41,003 nt of DNA from a virus (Duplodnaviria > Caudoviricetes). Below are positions 25,888 through 34,502 of this stretch, in pieces. The notes under the pieces are model-generated. The model made no database searches. It was not told the origin of the DNA and saw only the letters and a program-made list of their open reading frames with translations. Every line of letters begins with the position of its first letter. Position 1 is the first letter of the stretch. The stretch covers positions 1 through 41,003 of IMG/VR virus record IMGVR_UViG_3300046786_000067. One strand, written 5' to 3'. The position numbers and the translations under genes were made by a program.

Positions 25888-27618
25888 ATGACTGCATCTA
25901 CATACAACGGCCACGACATGTGGAATATCTTTAGCCTAGCGTCTCGCGCTGTTATCAGTGTCGACTATAGACTGCGCATGGACTGGCTCAACGAGGGCGA
26001 CATCGACAAGTGCACCGAGATCTCGGCTAAGCGTGACGAGCGTGGGTGGGTACGCCACCAGATCGAGCGGTTCGAGCTGCACCCTGTTATCAAAGCAGCT
26101 ATCGCGGTGTGCCGTCCTCGTGACTGGCATCAGTTGTTCCTCGAGTGGCCTCACATGTCAGAGAACGATCGCTCTCGCATCGCATACACACAGAACGAGG
26201 ACAAGGGCAAGCGTGACATACAGACTGTCACATCGGTGGGCAAGTACCTCACTCGCCACTTCGACATGCCTGACCACACCATCCGCGATCTCGTTGCGCG
26301 CTACGGCACAGCGTCCACATTCAAGTTCGTGCATACCACAGCCGAGATGATCTACCACCTACACAAAGGCCCAGGTTCGTGCATGGTATGGCGTGACGAT
26401 CGCGGTGTGCACTGTCGTGACGGCGTGACGCGTCACCCCTATGAGGCATACAACCCCAAGTACGGGTGGCACATGGCTGTGCGTATCGATGGCGATGAGA
26501 CTGTCGGCCGTGCGCTGTGCATGACCAACCCCGACACAGGGTTCAAGTACTTCGTGCGTACCTACGCTAGGCCTGCCAATCAGGGCGGGTACAGCGAGAC
26601 CGACAACGCCATGGAGAACTGGCTTCGTGAGCAGGGGTACAGCAAGCACACATCGTGGGACAACGGCGAGCGTCTGTCCCTCTACGAAACACGCGATGAC
26701 TTCTTAGCTCCGTACCTTGACGGCGGTGACAAGCGTGTGTCTATTGACGCAGACAACAACTGCATCGTGGTTGACAGTGACGGCGAGTATGCGTGTGACC
26801 AGACTGGCGGTGCACCGACTGAGCTGAGTGCCAACACCTTCGAGTGCGAGGACTGCGGTGACGACACCGATGACGATGATGGCTACTGGGTCGGCTACAA
26901 CGATGACTCCCATGTGTGCGTCAGCTGTTATGAGAACGACTACGTGTATGGCTATGGTCGCAACGGCCGTCAGTATTCATTCCGCAGTGACGATGCTACC
27001 TATATCGAGTCGCAGTCCGAGTACTTCCATGACAACTACCTTGCTGACAACGAGATCGTTGAGCTTGAGAACGGTGAGTACGAGCACATCGAGAACGCCA
27101 TCGAGGTTGACGGCGAGTGGTACCACATTGATGACGAGCGCATCTGCCGTACCGAGGACACCGATGAGTTCCTGCTGTGCGACAACGGATGCTGGCAGTG
27201 CGAGGAGTCAGGCAAGTGGTACACCGACAGCGTTGACTACGTTGAGGTAGATGACAAGAAGTATCACCCTGACTGCGCCCCTGCTACTGACGATGACGAT
27301 GACGAGGATGGTGGCGACACTGCCGTGGCTGTTGACCCTGTCGTTGCTACCCTTGTCGTTCCTGCTCCTGTCGTTGCTAAACAGTTGACCATAGAGATGC
27401 TCAATGAGTGTGCGCTATGGGAGGAGCACTGCTCCGTTACACAACGCGTGACTTACAGCATCAGCATCCGGCACAACGGCAACATGCTTCGCGCTTCGCG
27501 TACCTACCGAGACGGCTTCATCGCATCACAAGGCGTTGACTGGATGCGTGTGAATGTGCGCAGAGTACTTAGCAACGAGATCCTCGGCTTACCCGCATCA
27601 ACATTCGACTCAATCTAA
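25888..27618 (+). CDS. Large early protein with acidic Cys-rich repeat region
   Basis: GSCM...GRALC...VRTY...PYLD core, then CEDC/CVSC and Asp/Glu/Tyr-rich repeats. Confidence 0.8.
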   Translation: MTASTYNGHDMWNIFSLASRAVISVDYRLRMDWLNEGDIDKCTEISAKRDERGWVRHQIERFELHPVIKAAIAVCRPRDWHQLFLEWPHMSENDRSRIAYTQNEDKGKRDIQTVTSVGKYLTRHFDMPDHTIRDLVARYGTASTFKFVHTTAEMIYHLHKGPGSCMVWRDDRGVHCRDGVTRHPYEAYNPKYGWHMAVRIDGDETVGRALCMTNPDTGFKYFVRTYARPANQGGYSETDNAMENWLREQGYSKHTSWDNGERLSLYETRDDFLAPYLDGGDKRVSIDADNNCIVVDSDGEYACDQTGGAPTELSANTFECEDCGDDTDDDDGYWVGYNDDSHVCVSCYENDYVYGYGRNGRQYSFRSDDATYIESQSEYFHDNYLADNEIVELENGEYEHIENAIEVDGEWYHIDDERICRTEDTDEFLLCDNGCWQCEESGKWYTDSVDYVEVDDKKYHPDCAPATDDDDDEDGGDTAVAVDPVVATLVVPAPVVAKQLTIEMLNECALWEEHCSVTQRVTYSISIRHNGNMLRASRTYRDGFIASQGVDWMRVNVRRVLSNEILGLPASTFDSI

Positions 27619-27639
27619 TCAATCCCTAAGGAAACAATC

Positions 27640-28776
27640 ATGACTAAATCTACACAACCTATCATCCTTCGCACACTTGAACGTGCCTTATCTCGCAAGC
27701 GTCCACACAACACCTTCGAGGTGGCGGTCTTCACAACGTGGCTGTTCGAGAACCTGCCTGCTGAACTCAAGTCCTTCTGCCATGTCGATGAGGCAGGTAA
27801 CCTGCACGTTGACAATCGTGTGCGTAACAACAAGACGCTGTTCATTGCGCACGTTGATACTGTCCATCGTGACACAGGTGTCAACAAGATACGCAAGACA
27901 CAAACCCACTGGTATGCAGACGGCGCACCTCTCGGCGCTGACGATGGTGCAGGCTGTGCCATGCTCATGCATTTAATACATAGTGGAGTCAAGGGTTACT
28001 ACATCTTCAGCCAAGGCGAGGAGTGCGGTGGCATCGGCGCCAAGCACATCGCTAACAACAACTCTGCCCTGCTCAAGCAGTTCGATCGTGCCATTGCGTT
28101 CGACAGGCGAGGTATCGACAGCGTCATCAGTCATCAGGGCATGGGTCGCTGTGCATCCGACAACTTCTGCCTAGCCCTTGCGTCTGCGCTCAACGAGCAC
28201 AATGACTTGCTTATGTATTCGCCTGATGACACAGGTGTGTACACCGATACCGCTGAGTTCACCGATGACATACCCGAGTGCACCAACATCAGCGTGGGCT
28301 ACTACAACGAGCACGGCGAGCGTGAGAACCTTGACATCGTGCACTTCACAGCACTGGCCAAAGCTGCTGTCCTCGTTGACTGGGATGCCCTGCCTACTGA
28401 GCGTGACCCCACTGTGCCCGACTACAAGAGCTACAAGTACGGCAACTACGACACCGCATGGTGGTCAGGCTACGGCGTGTACAAGGATGACAAGGACGCT
28501 ACCGATGTGCCATACACATGGCAAGATGACGATGGGTACTTTGCTACCGAGATGCTGTTCGATGCTCTTTACGATGCGCAAGCTGGGTACAAGGATGACC
28601 TCATTGACATGATCTCTGAGTGTGTGTACCCCGAAGACCCACTCATGGCGGTCAAGTTCCTCGACAAGCGCAAGCTGACTGACGACTTATTAGAAGAGGC
28701 CAAGCAGATGGCCCGAGCCTACGACTCATCGACTGTGCTGTGCACACTGTTCGATGCTATTCACTGTGAAGCTTAA
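27640..28776 (+). CDS. Zn-dependent M20/M28-like peptidase
   Basis: AHVDTVH, LGADDGAG, GEECGGIG, AFDRRG, YNEH. Confidence 0.8.
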   Translation: MTKSTQPIILRTLERALSRKRPHNTFEVAVFTTWLFENLPAELKSFCHVDEAGNLHVDNRVRNNKTLFIAHVDTVHRDTGVNKIRKTQTHWYADGAPLGADDGAGCAMLMHLIHSGVKGYYIFSQGEECGGIGAKHIANNNSALLKQFDRAIAFDRRGIDSVISHQGMGRCASDNFCLALASALNEHNDLLMYSPDDTGVYTDTAEFTDDIPECTNISVGYYNEHGERENLDIVHFTALAKAAVLVDWDALPTERDPTVPDYKSYKYGNYDTAWWSGYGVYKDDKDATDVPYTWQDDDGYFATEMLFDALYDAQAGYKDDLIDMISECVYPEDPLMAVKFLDKRKLTDDLLEEAKQMARAYDSSTVLCTLFDAIHCEA

Positions 28777-28796
28777 TTAACCCAAGGAGAAAGCAA

Positions 28797-29042
28797 ATGA
28801 CTGACGCAGAACTACAACTGGTGGTCGATGACCTCATCGCCAAATACAAAGACGAGATCGTTAAGGATCGTGACTGGTGGTGGGGACTAGACAAGTACAC
28901 AATCAACATCCACTCGCTTAATGAGGACGGCGATGATTGGTACAGCGTGAATGTGTACAAGGTTGATCCAGTCACGGGCATGGACAACTATGAGTGGATG
29001 CTCGACTTGCCCCGTGTGTTTATCAAAGGAGAAAGCAAATGA
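28797..29042 (+). CDS. Hypothetical protein
   Basis: Shared RBS motif. Confidence 0.75.
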   Translation: MTDAELQLVVDDLIAKYKDEIVKDRDWWWGLDKYTINIHSLNEDGDDWYSVNVYKVDPVTGMDNYEWMLDLPRVFIKGESK

Positions 29043-29404
29043 ACGGACTAGACGCTTACTACGATGGCCTACTGGCCGAACATCAACGCAAGCTAGACAA
29101 GGAGGCTTACGACGAGGAGAAGATGGATAAGCTGACAGAGTGGATTAGCGAGCTACTCGAAGACAACCACCCCGCTGAACTTGAGCGCCTGACAGGGGTG
29201 GACGATACAACCTGTAAGAAGGTGGTGCACAAGCTGTACATGGAGGGGTTCAATGACCGCAACTGTTGGCACGTCGAACCTTCGGGCGACATCTGGGTTA
29301 TCTACGGCAATAGCACAGGTGAATGGATAGACGAGAACGGCGATTACCTTGGCTTCGATACCAAGCGCGAAGCTATGGACTACATCAAGGAGACATTCAA
29401 ATGA
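29039..29404 (+). CDS. Hypothetical acidic protein
   Basis: Start MNGLD at 29039 after shared RBS motif. Confidence 0.75.
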   Translation: MNGLDAYYDGLLAEHQRKLDKEAYDEEKMDKLTEWISELLEDNHPAELERLTGVDDTTCKKVVHKLYMEGFNDRNCWHVEPSGDIWVIYGNSTGEWIDENGDYLGFDTKREAMDYIKETFK

Positions 29405-29493
29405 TGACACCATGGGAAAAACTAGAACGCGTAGTACTTTTAGTTGCAGTACTTGTACTACTAACAGATCTTTTTTACTGGCGTCCCTATTGA
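29401..29493 (+). CDS. 30-aa membrane peptide MMTPWEKLERVVLLVAVLVLLTDLFYWRPY
   Basis: Translated by hand; AAGGAG RBS; ATGA coupling. Confidence 0.6.
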   Translation: MMTPWEKLERVVLLVAVLVLLTDLFYWRPY

Positions 29494-29520
29494 CAACAGT
29501 CCAACGCTGTACAAATAATA
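29490..29520 (+). promoter_or_regulatory. Possible sigma70 promoter
   Basis: Perfect TTGACA, weak AT-rich -10; GTCCAAC motif in spacer. Confidence 0.4.
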
Positions 29521-29540
29521 TCAACCCCAAGGAGAAAATA

Positions 29541-29759
29541 ATGAAACACACACCTTACGATACGGGCAAGGTCAAGATCGGCCTTCTCTACACACCCCCA
29601 TCCCCTACACCTACGCCCGAAGATGACTGGGTACAAGGCGTACTGCTAGGGGACAGACAAGGTCTCACAGACCTAGAACGCACCACCATTCAATCCCTTG
29701 TGGCTATCGCCATCATTGTTCTCGTCATGCTACTTACTGGAGGATCCTCAAATGCCTGA
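29541..29759 (+). CDS. Small protein with C-terminal TM
   Basis: MKHTPYDTGKVKIG start with CAAGGAGAA RBS. Confidence 0.7.
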   Translation: MKHTPYDTGKVKIGLLYTPPSPTPTPEDDWVQGVLLGDRQGLTDLERTTIQSLVAIAIIVLVMLLTGGSSNA

Positions 29760-30399
29760 CATGCAAACCGCTATGAAACAAGCCCTAACCAAAACATTAG
29801 TTGAGTGGGATGACGATGATGCCCCGCCCCTTCCTTCTGTTCAACCAGTGTCAACCTCTGTATCCGCACCTTCTCAAGCAATCCCCATGACCACACAACT
29901 CTTTACCATCAAGAACAACATCTCACGCACCACATTCAATTACATCCGTGACAACCCCGGCTCTACGCGTAAGGAGATCATCATTGCGCTTGAGCATTTA
30001 GGCTATAAGTCTGACTCGGTATCAAGCCTGATCGCGCAGATGTACAAGAACAAAATGATCCACTCAACCAACGACTTGTACTACGCAGACATCCCTGAGT
30101 ACAGACCTATCAAGACGGCCAAAGCCCTGAAGAAAATCCAAGCCAAAGCTGAGTTGGTCAAGCCCAAGCGCAAGTACACTAAGAAAGATACGACCGGCAT
30201 CGGTGCGCTGTTGAGAGACAAGCTGGAAGCTACGCCTAACCCTGTGTACCATGAAGATCAGACACCGCCTATCGTGCCTGAGCGCAAAGGCTTCGTGTCT
30301 TTGGTACGCAACCGCACACCCGAGAGCATCATCGACAACATGACTGTGTATCAGGCGCGTGAGTTATACGATCACCTGAAGAAATTGTTTGGGGGTTAA
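29752..30399 (+). CDS. Winged-helix-like DNA-binding protein
   Basis: FNYIRDNPGSTRKEI...SVSSLIAQM pattern; start MPDMQ at 29752. Confidence 0.6.
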   Translation: MPDMQTAMKQALTKTLVEWDDDDAPPLPSVQPVSTSVSAPSQAIPMTTQLFTIKNNISRTTFNYIRDNPGSTRKEIIIALEHLGYKSDSVSSLIAQMYKNKMIHSTNDLYYADIPEYRPIKTAKALKKIQAKAELVKPKRKYTKKDTTGIGALLRDKLEATPNPVYHEDQTPPIVPERKGFVSLVRNRTPESIIDNMTVYQARELYDHLKKLFGG

Positions 30400-30400
30400 G

Positions 30401-30601
30401 ATGCAAGAGAAATATGACGGCGGCCCAGCGTTTCCAACGCATCTAAATCTGACTCAAGGTATGACACTGCGTGACTACTTTGCGGCGCTGGCTATGCAGG
30501 CGTACTTGTCAAGTACTGGTGGGGCTTCTGCCCCTAATGACATGGTTGCGCGTGAAGCGTACAAAACAGCGGATGAAATGATGAAAGCGAGAGAACAATG
30601 A
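30401..30601 (+). CDS. Conserved small phage protein
   Basis: GGPAFP...GMTLRDYFAALAMQ...AY..AD.M. Confidence 0.75.
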   Translation: MQEKYDGGPAFPTHLNLTQGMTLRDYFAALAMQAYLSSTGGASAPNDMVAREAYKTADEMMKAREQ

Positions 30602-30831
30602 ACATCACAATCTACACCAAGGCTAACTGCCCCAACTGCACAACGGCCAAGATGGTCATGGACATGGCGGGGCTTGACTACAACGAGGTTGACATCATGG
30701 TGGGCGACCGCTTGGGTAACTTCCTCAAAGAGTTCCCTGACGCTAAGCAGATGCCGCAGATATTCATCAACGACCAGCGCGTGGGTGGTGTGGCCGGCCT
30801 GCAAGCCGCAATGAAACAGTTGGGGTATTGA
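30598..30831 (+). CDS. Glutaredoxin
   Basis: IYTK..CPNC, MPQIFI, VGG. Confidence 0.9.
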   Translation: MNITIYTKANCPNCTTAKMVMDMAGLDYNEVDIMVGDRLGNFLKEFPDAKQMPQIFINDQRVGGVAGLQAAMKQLGY

Positions 30832-30832
30832 C

Positions 30833-31081
30833 ATGACAGTTCTCAACCCATGGGAAGAACTCGCGCAGGTTGACCGCCCGAGTATCTTCTTGAAAGACCC
30901 ATACTTCCGTGCGAAGAACCCTAGCAATCAGATCAAGAGTGAGGAAGACCTTGGATACAAACAGTTTGGCACATTCACCCGAGCCAAAGAACGACAACCC
31001 AACAAGCATGAAGGAGTACTTGAACATGCCCCGACCAAAGCCCCCCGCCCCCCTAAAGGCACGATACGTACGTTTAAGTGA
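30833..31081 (+). CDS. Hypothetical protein
   Basis: Fills operon between glutaredoxin and next gene. Confidence 0.55.
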   Translation: MTVLNPWEELAQVDRPSIFLKDPYFRAKNPSNQIKSEEDLGYKQFGTFTRAKERQPNKHEGVLEHAPTKAPRPPKGTIRTFK

Positions 31082-31238
31082 CGCGGAGTGGGAGAAGTTT
31101 CAAGAGATGGGCGGTGCTGCTTGGTTACGCAAGGCCATGGGCACAAGGCCACGGAACTATTACGAAGTATTCGAGCGTCCACGCAACCCCGCCGACGCTG
31201 TATTTTTAAACCGCAAGGAGAAAGAACGAAATGATTAG
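31026..31238 (+). CDS. Ribbon-helix-helix-like small DNA-binding protein
   Basis: MPRPKP...RYVRLSDAEW..F..MGG..WLR; AAGGAG RBS. Confidence 0.6.
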   Translation: MPRPKPPAPLKARYVRLSDAEWEKFQEMGGAAWLRKAMGTRPRNYYEVFERPRNPADAVFLNRKEKERND

Positions 31239-31596
31239 TAACGATAAACAGATGGACTTGTTTGATGGGCGCTACGTGCCGCCCAAGAATGCCAACGATG
31301 CACAGCCGCTTAAAGCGGCAACCGCTGTCGATGCTACCTTGGCCGAGCGCGGTAAGCGATACGGCACATTCAAGGGGCACGCTGAGGTAAGCCAAGCGTT
31401 CAAAGATCTGCTGGCCATTGCCTTGGAGAAGCGCGGGAAGTTGCTTGACTGTGACCAACAGGAAGCCCTTGAGATGATCTTTCACAAGATTGCACGCATC
31501 GTCAACGGCGACCATAAATACCACGACTCATGGCATGACATCGCAGGCTACGCCAAGCTGGTGGCTGATCGTCTTGAGACAGGCAAGGAAGTGTGA
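31231..31596 (+). CDS. DUF6378-like protein (nucleotide pyrophosphohydrolase-like helical family)
   Basis: TLAERGKRYG.F...KIARI...DSWHDIAGYAKL. Confidence 0.7.
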   Translation: MISNDKQMDLFDGRYVPPKNANDAQPLKAATAVDATLAERGKRYGTFKGHAEVSQAFKDLLAIALEKRGKLLDCDQQEALEMIFHKIARIVNGDHKYHDSWHDIAGYAKLVADRLETGKEV

Positions 31597-31907
31597 TGGC
31601 CGCAACACCCGAAGCAAAAGTCAAAACTGCTGTACGAAAGATACTTGATGCACTCGACATTTACCACTTCATGCCCCCCGCTAATGGTTTTGGCCGAGCG
31701 GGTATACCTGACATCATTGGCTGCATGGACGGACACTTCATCGCCATCGAATGCAAAGCAGGCAAAGGACAGACCACCGCTCTTCAAGACAGGGAACTCA
31801 ACGCCATCCTCAACCATGGCGGAACCGTGTACATCGCACGGGAGCACAACCTGCTTGAGTTGAAACAACTACTGACGGAGCTACGCAATGAGCTACATAG
31901 ACCATGA
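31593..31907 (+). CDS. VRR-NUC nuclease / resolvase-like
   Basis: TPEAKVK...GIPDII...FIAIECKA...TALQ. Confidence 0.85.
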   Translation: MMAATPEAKVKTAVRKILDALDIYHFMPPANGFGRAGIPDIIGCMDGHFIAIECKAGKGQTTALQDRELNAILNHGGTVYIAREHNLLELKQLLTELRNELHRP

Positions 31908-32184
31908 CTTCTCAATGACAGAGGAAGAACTCGAGCGCCGAGTCGAGGCCATGTCAGACGAGGAGCAACACCACTTCAGACTACTGATCCACAAGTTGGT
32001 GATGTGCTATGGCGATGGCAAGGCGCAAGGCATTGTCATCATTGGCCGTGCTGAAGATCAAATGGCAGGAGTCGTTACCCTAAACTGTAACGAGATGGAG
32101 GCGTCGCAACTCATGTTGGCGGCAAACGATTTTTTCGGCTTTCTAAACCTCCTCGACGCACCACCAAAAGAAAACTTTAATTAA
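31888..32184 (+). CDS. Hypothetical protein
   Basis: GGAG RBS; in operon. Confidence 0.7.
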   Translation: MSYIDHDFSMTEEELERRVEAMSDEEQHHFRLLIHKLVMCYGDGKAQGIVIIGRAEDQMAGVVTLNCNEMEASQLMLAANDFFGFLNLLDAPPKENFN

Positions 32185-32200
32185 CAACAAGGAGAAAGCA

Positions 32201-32428
32201 ATGGCAAAACTACCATACACATACACAATATGCCCCGATCAAGAGGTGCCCAAGCAGTTCACTGCAAGCTGCGCAGACATGGGGGAGCTACTACGGCACA
32301 GCCCTAACGGAGACCTGACCATCAATCAGAAACGCACCGCTACATGGGACATGTGGTCAGGCAATCACATGGGGCACATTGAGGAAGCACTACAAAAAAT
32401 TTGTGCAAAAAACAAGGAGAAGCAATGA
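32201..32428 (+). CDS. Hypothetical protein
   Basis: Shared RBS motif. Confidence 0.7.
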   Translation: MAKLPYTYTICPDQEVPKQFTASCADMGELLRHSPNGDLTINQKRTATWDMWSGNHMGHIEEALQKICAKNKEKQ

Positions 32429-32610
32429 ACTTTTTAATCATCTCAGCAATCGCGGTAGCACCGCACGTAGCACCGCCACGTGTAGCGCCGCGCCCTGCGC
32501 CAGTTAGACCTGCGGTAGCCCCTGCACCCATACCACACACGCCAGTCGTTGTAGCCCCACCCATTCGCTCGACACCCAAGTGCGACGACAAAAAGGAGAA
32601 GTGCAAATGA
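32425..32610 (+). CDS. Small Pro-rich protein with hydrophobic N-terminus
   Basis: Start MNFLII at 32425 after perfect shared RBS motif; VAP repeats. Confidence 0.65.
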   Translation: MNFLIISAIAVAPHVAPPRVAPRPAPVRPAVAPAPIPHTPVVVAPPIRSTPKCDDKKEKCK

Positions 32611-32963
32611 ACTTTATAGATTTTGTGCAGTTCGTAAAGACGCAGTGCATGTACGAGACCATCTACGAGGACAGCGATGGCAACCTGATACTCGTCACCC
32701 GCATGCTCGATGCGTACACCATGGCCAACAAGCTGGTTGAGGCTGAGCGTGAGAGCAAGAAGTACGAAGACATCATCACCAACATGGCGAAGCTGTTGGA
32801 AATGCAGCAGAAGCGTGAAGGTGTGGCTGTTGACATGATCGAGGCGGCCATACTTGCAGAGCGTGAGGCGTGTTCAAGTATTGCGTCTGATTACGCACAA
32901 AGATTGAATAGTATGACTGCTGTAAACATTGCCGATGCCATCCGAGCAAGGGGACAAGCATGA
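32607..32963 (+). CDS. EREAC...AIRARG family protein 1
   Basis: Start MNFIDF; shared C-terminal module. Confidence 0.7.
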   Translation: MNFIDFVQFVKTQCMYETIYEDSDGNLILVTRMLDAYTMANKLVEAERESKKYEDIITNMAKLLEMQQKREGVAVDMIEAAILAEREACSSIASDYAQRLNSMTAVNIADAIRARGQA

Positions 32964-33181
32964 AACGAGAAGAACTATTCAGCCTTGCAGACAAGGTAGG
33001 GCTTGGCTTTATCAGACACGCCAGCGACAAGGACATTGAGAAGTTTGAAGGTCTGGTCAAACTGGTAGCGTTCAATGAGCGTGAGGCGCTGTGTAAAGCA
33101 ATGGAAGACCAGATTGGGTGGGATATGTATGACCCTGCGTCTACCGCCATTGAAGTCATCCGAGCAAGGGGACAAGCATGA
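32960..33181 (+). CDS. EREA...IRARG family protein 2
   Basis: ATGA coupled; shared C-terminal module. Confidence 0.7.
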   Translation: MKREELFSLADKVGLGFIRHASDKDIEKFEGLVKLVAFNEREALCKAMEDQIGWDMYDPASTAIEVIRARGQA

Positions 33182-33414
33182 CACAAGATGAACTCATTGA
33201 GATGGCTAAACAGGCGGGGTGGGATGCCCATCAAGCTAAGTTTGATACGCGTATTCAATCCCTTGCCAAGCTAGTAGCACAGCATGAGCGTGAGGCGTGT
33301 GCAATAGTTTGTGATGACATCAATGCAAAGTACGAATGGCCAGATGATGTAGCCGAACGAGTTGCAAGCCAATGGTGTGCTGATGCCATCCGAGCAAGGA
33401 GCAGCAATGCCTAA
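33178..33414 (+). CDS. EREAC...AIRAR family protein 3
   Basis: ATGA coupled; shared C-terminal module. Confidence 0.7.
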   Translation: MTQDELIEMAKQAGWDAHQAKFDTRIQSLAKLVAQHEREACAIVCDDINAKYEWPDDVAERVASQWCADAIRARSSNA

Positions 33415-33661
33415 AGGACTGCTGGATGACATACCGATCTACAACCAAGCCCGCGACAAGGCGTGGGGAGCGTTCATCAAGCGCAAAGATGTGAAACACC
33501 TAGTTAAGCACGGCTTGTTTGACAAAGGTTTCCCACTGTATGGCGGCTACTACGAGCTGTGGTGTCAGGCATGGGATCGCGCATGGACTGCGGGGTTTAA
33601 AGATGGTTGGGACTCAGGCCATAACTGGGCTGAGTTAATGAAAACAAAGGAGAAGAAATGA
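33407..33661 (+). CDS. Trp-rich hypothetical protein
   Basis: Start MPKGLL at 33407 after AAGGAGCAGCA. Confidence 0.7.
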   Translation: MPKGLLDDIPIYNQARDKAWGAFIKRKDVKHLVKHGLFDKGFPLYGGYYELWCQAWDRAWTAGFKDGWDSGHNWAELMKTKEKK

Positions 33662-33831
33662 TACTGAACCAAGGAAAATTAGCAGGCGGCTTGGCCGATG
33701 AACTGATTGAGGTCGTCCGCAAGTACGACGAGACGCTTTACATGTCTACCGTGATAGGTGTACTGGAGCTGGTCAAGCAACAACTGATACAAGAAAACGT
33801 GGAGGGGCCTGAAGATGACAGCGCCCTATAA
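33658..33831 (+). CDS. Hypothetical 57-aa protein (MILNQGKLAGG...VIGVLELVKQQLI)
   Basis: Translated by hand; AAGGAGAAG RBS. Confidence 0.7.
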   Translation: MILNQGKLAGGLADELIEVVRKYDETLYMSTVIGVLELVKQQLIQENVEGPEDDSAL

Positions 33832-33853
33832 ACAAATCATCACGATCGACTTC
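33815..33853 (+). pseudogene. Orphaned original 5' end of DNA polymerase (MTAPYKQIITIDF)
   Basis: Matches MSAPYKQIIVVDF at 34499; GGAGG RBS; frame stops at 33937. Confidence 0.85.
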
Positions 33854-33899
33854 GCAAAAACAAGTACAATAGAGTACATCATAAACAAAGGAGAAGTAC

Positions 33900-34502
33900 A
33901 TGCGAAGGTTGGAGTTAGTAGGCAAGGTTTTTGGTAGGCTAACAGTACGCGGCCCTGCGCCGCGTACCTACCAAACGATGTGGGATTGCGTTTGTGCCTG
34001 CGGCAGTACAAAAAACGTGTCGGGAATAAACCTTACGTCTGGGCACACACAATCTTGTGGCTGCTTGCGTGAAGAACTGCGCCCCACCTACGCCAAACGG
34101 CGCGACTACACAGGCCGTAACAACCCCAGAGCGAAAGCCAGTATCGCATTGAATGGCGGAGACTACGTTTCTTCAGACAGTGTTTGGTACAAGCGCTCAG
34201 CAGGCGTGTACTATGCTGCGCGTAAAAACAAAGTAAAGATGGGTTTTCGTTCTGTGTCTGAGCTTGCCACTTATGTGGTCAGCATCGTACCGGATAGATG
34301 CCCCGTGTTTAACAAACGCTTCGTTGAGCGCGGCGCAGGGTTTAGTAACTGGTCTCCGAGCATTGACAAGATTGACCCAAAGAAAGGTTATGTGCGAGGC
34401 AACATACAAGTCATCAGCATGCTGGCCAACTGCATGAAAAGAAACGCATCACCCAAAGAGCTTCGCACTTTTGCGCAGTGGGTATTAAAGGAGAAGCAAT
34501 GA
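33900..34502 (+). CDS. HNH homing endonuclease-like protein
   Basis: GKVFGRLTV..WDCVCACG..QSCGC; CPVF...PSIDKIDPKKGYVRGNIQVIS..AN.MK. Confidence 0.85.
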   Translation: MRRLELVGKVFGRLTVRGPAPRTYQTMWDCVCACGSTKNVSGINLTSGHTQSCGCLREELRPTYAKRRDYTGRNNPRAKASIALNGGDYVSSDSVWYKRSAGVYYAARKNKVKMGFRSVSELATYVVSIVPDRCPVFNKRFVERGAGFSNWSPSIDKIDPKKGYVRGNIQVISMLANCMKRNASPKELRTFAQWVLKEKQ

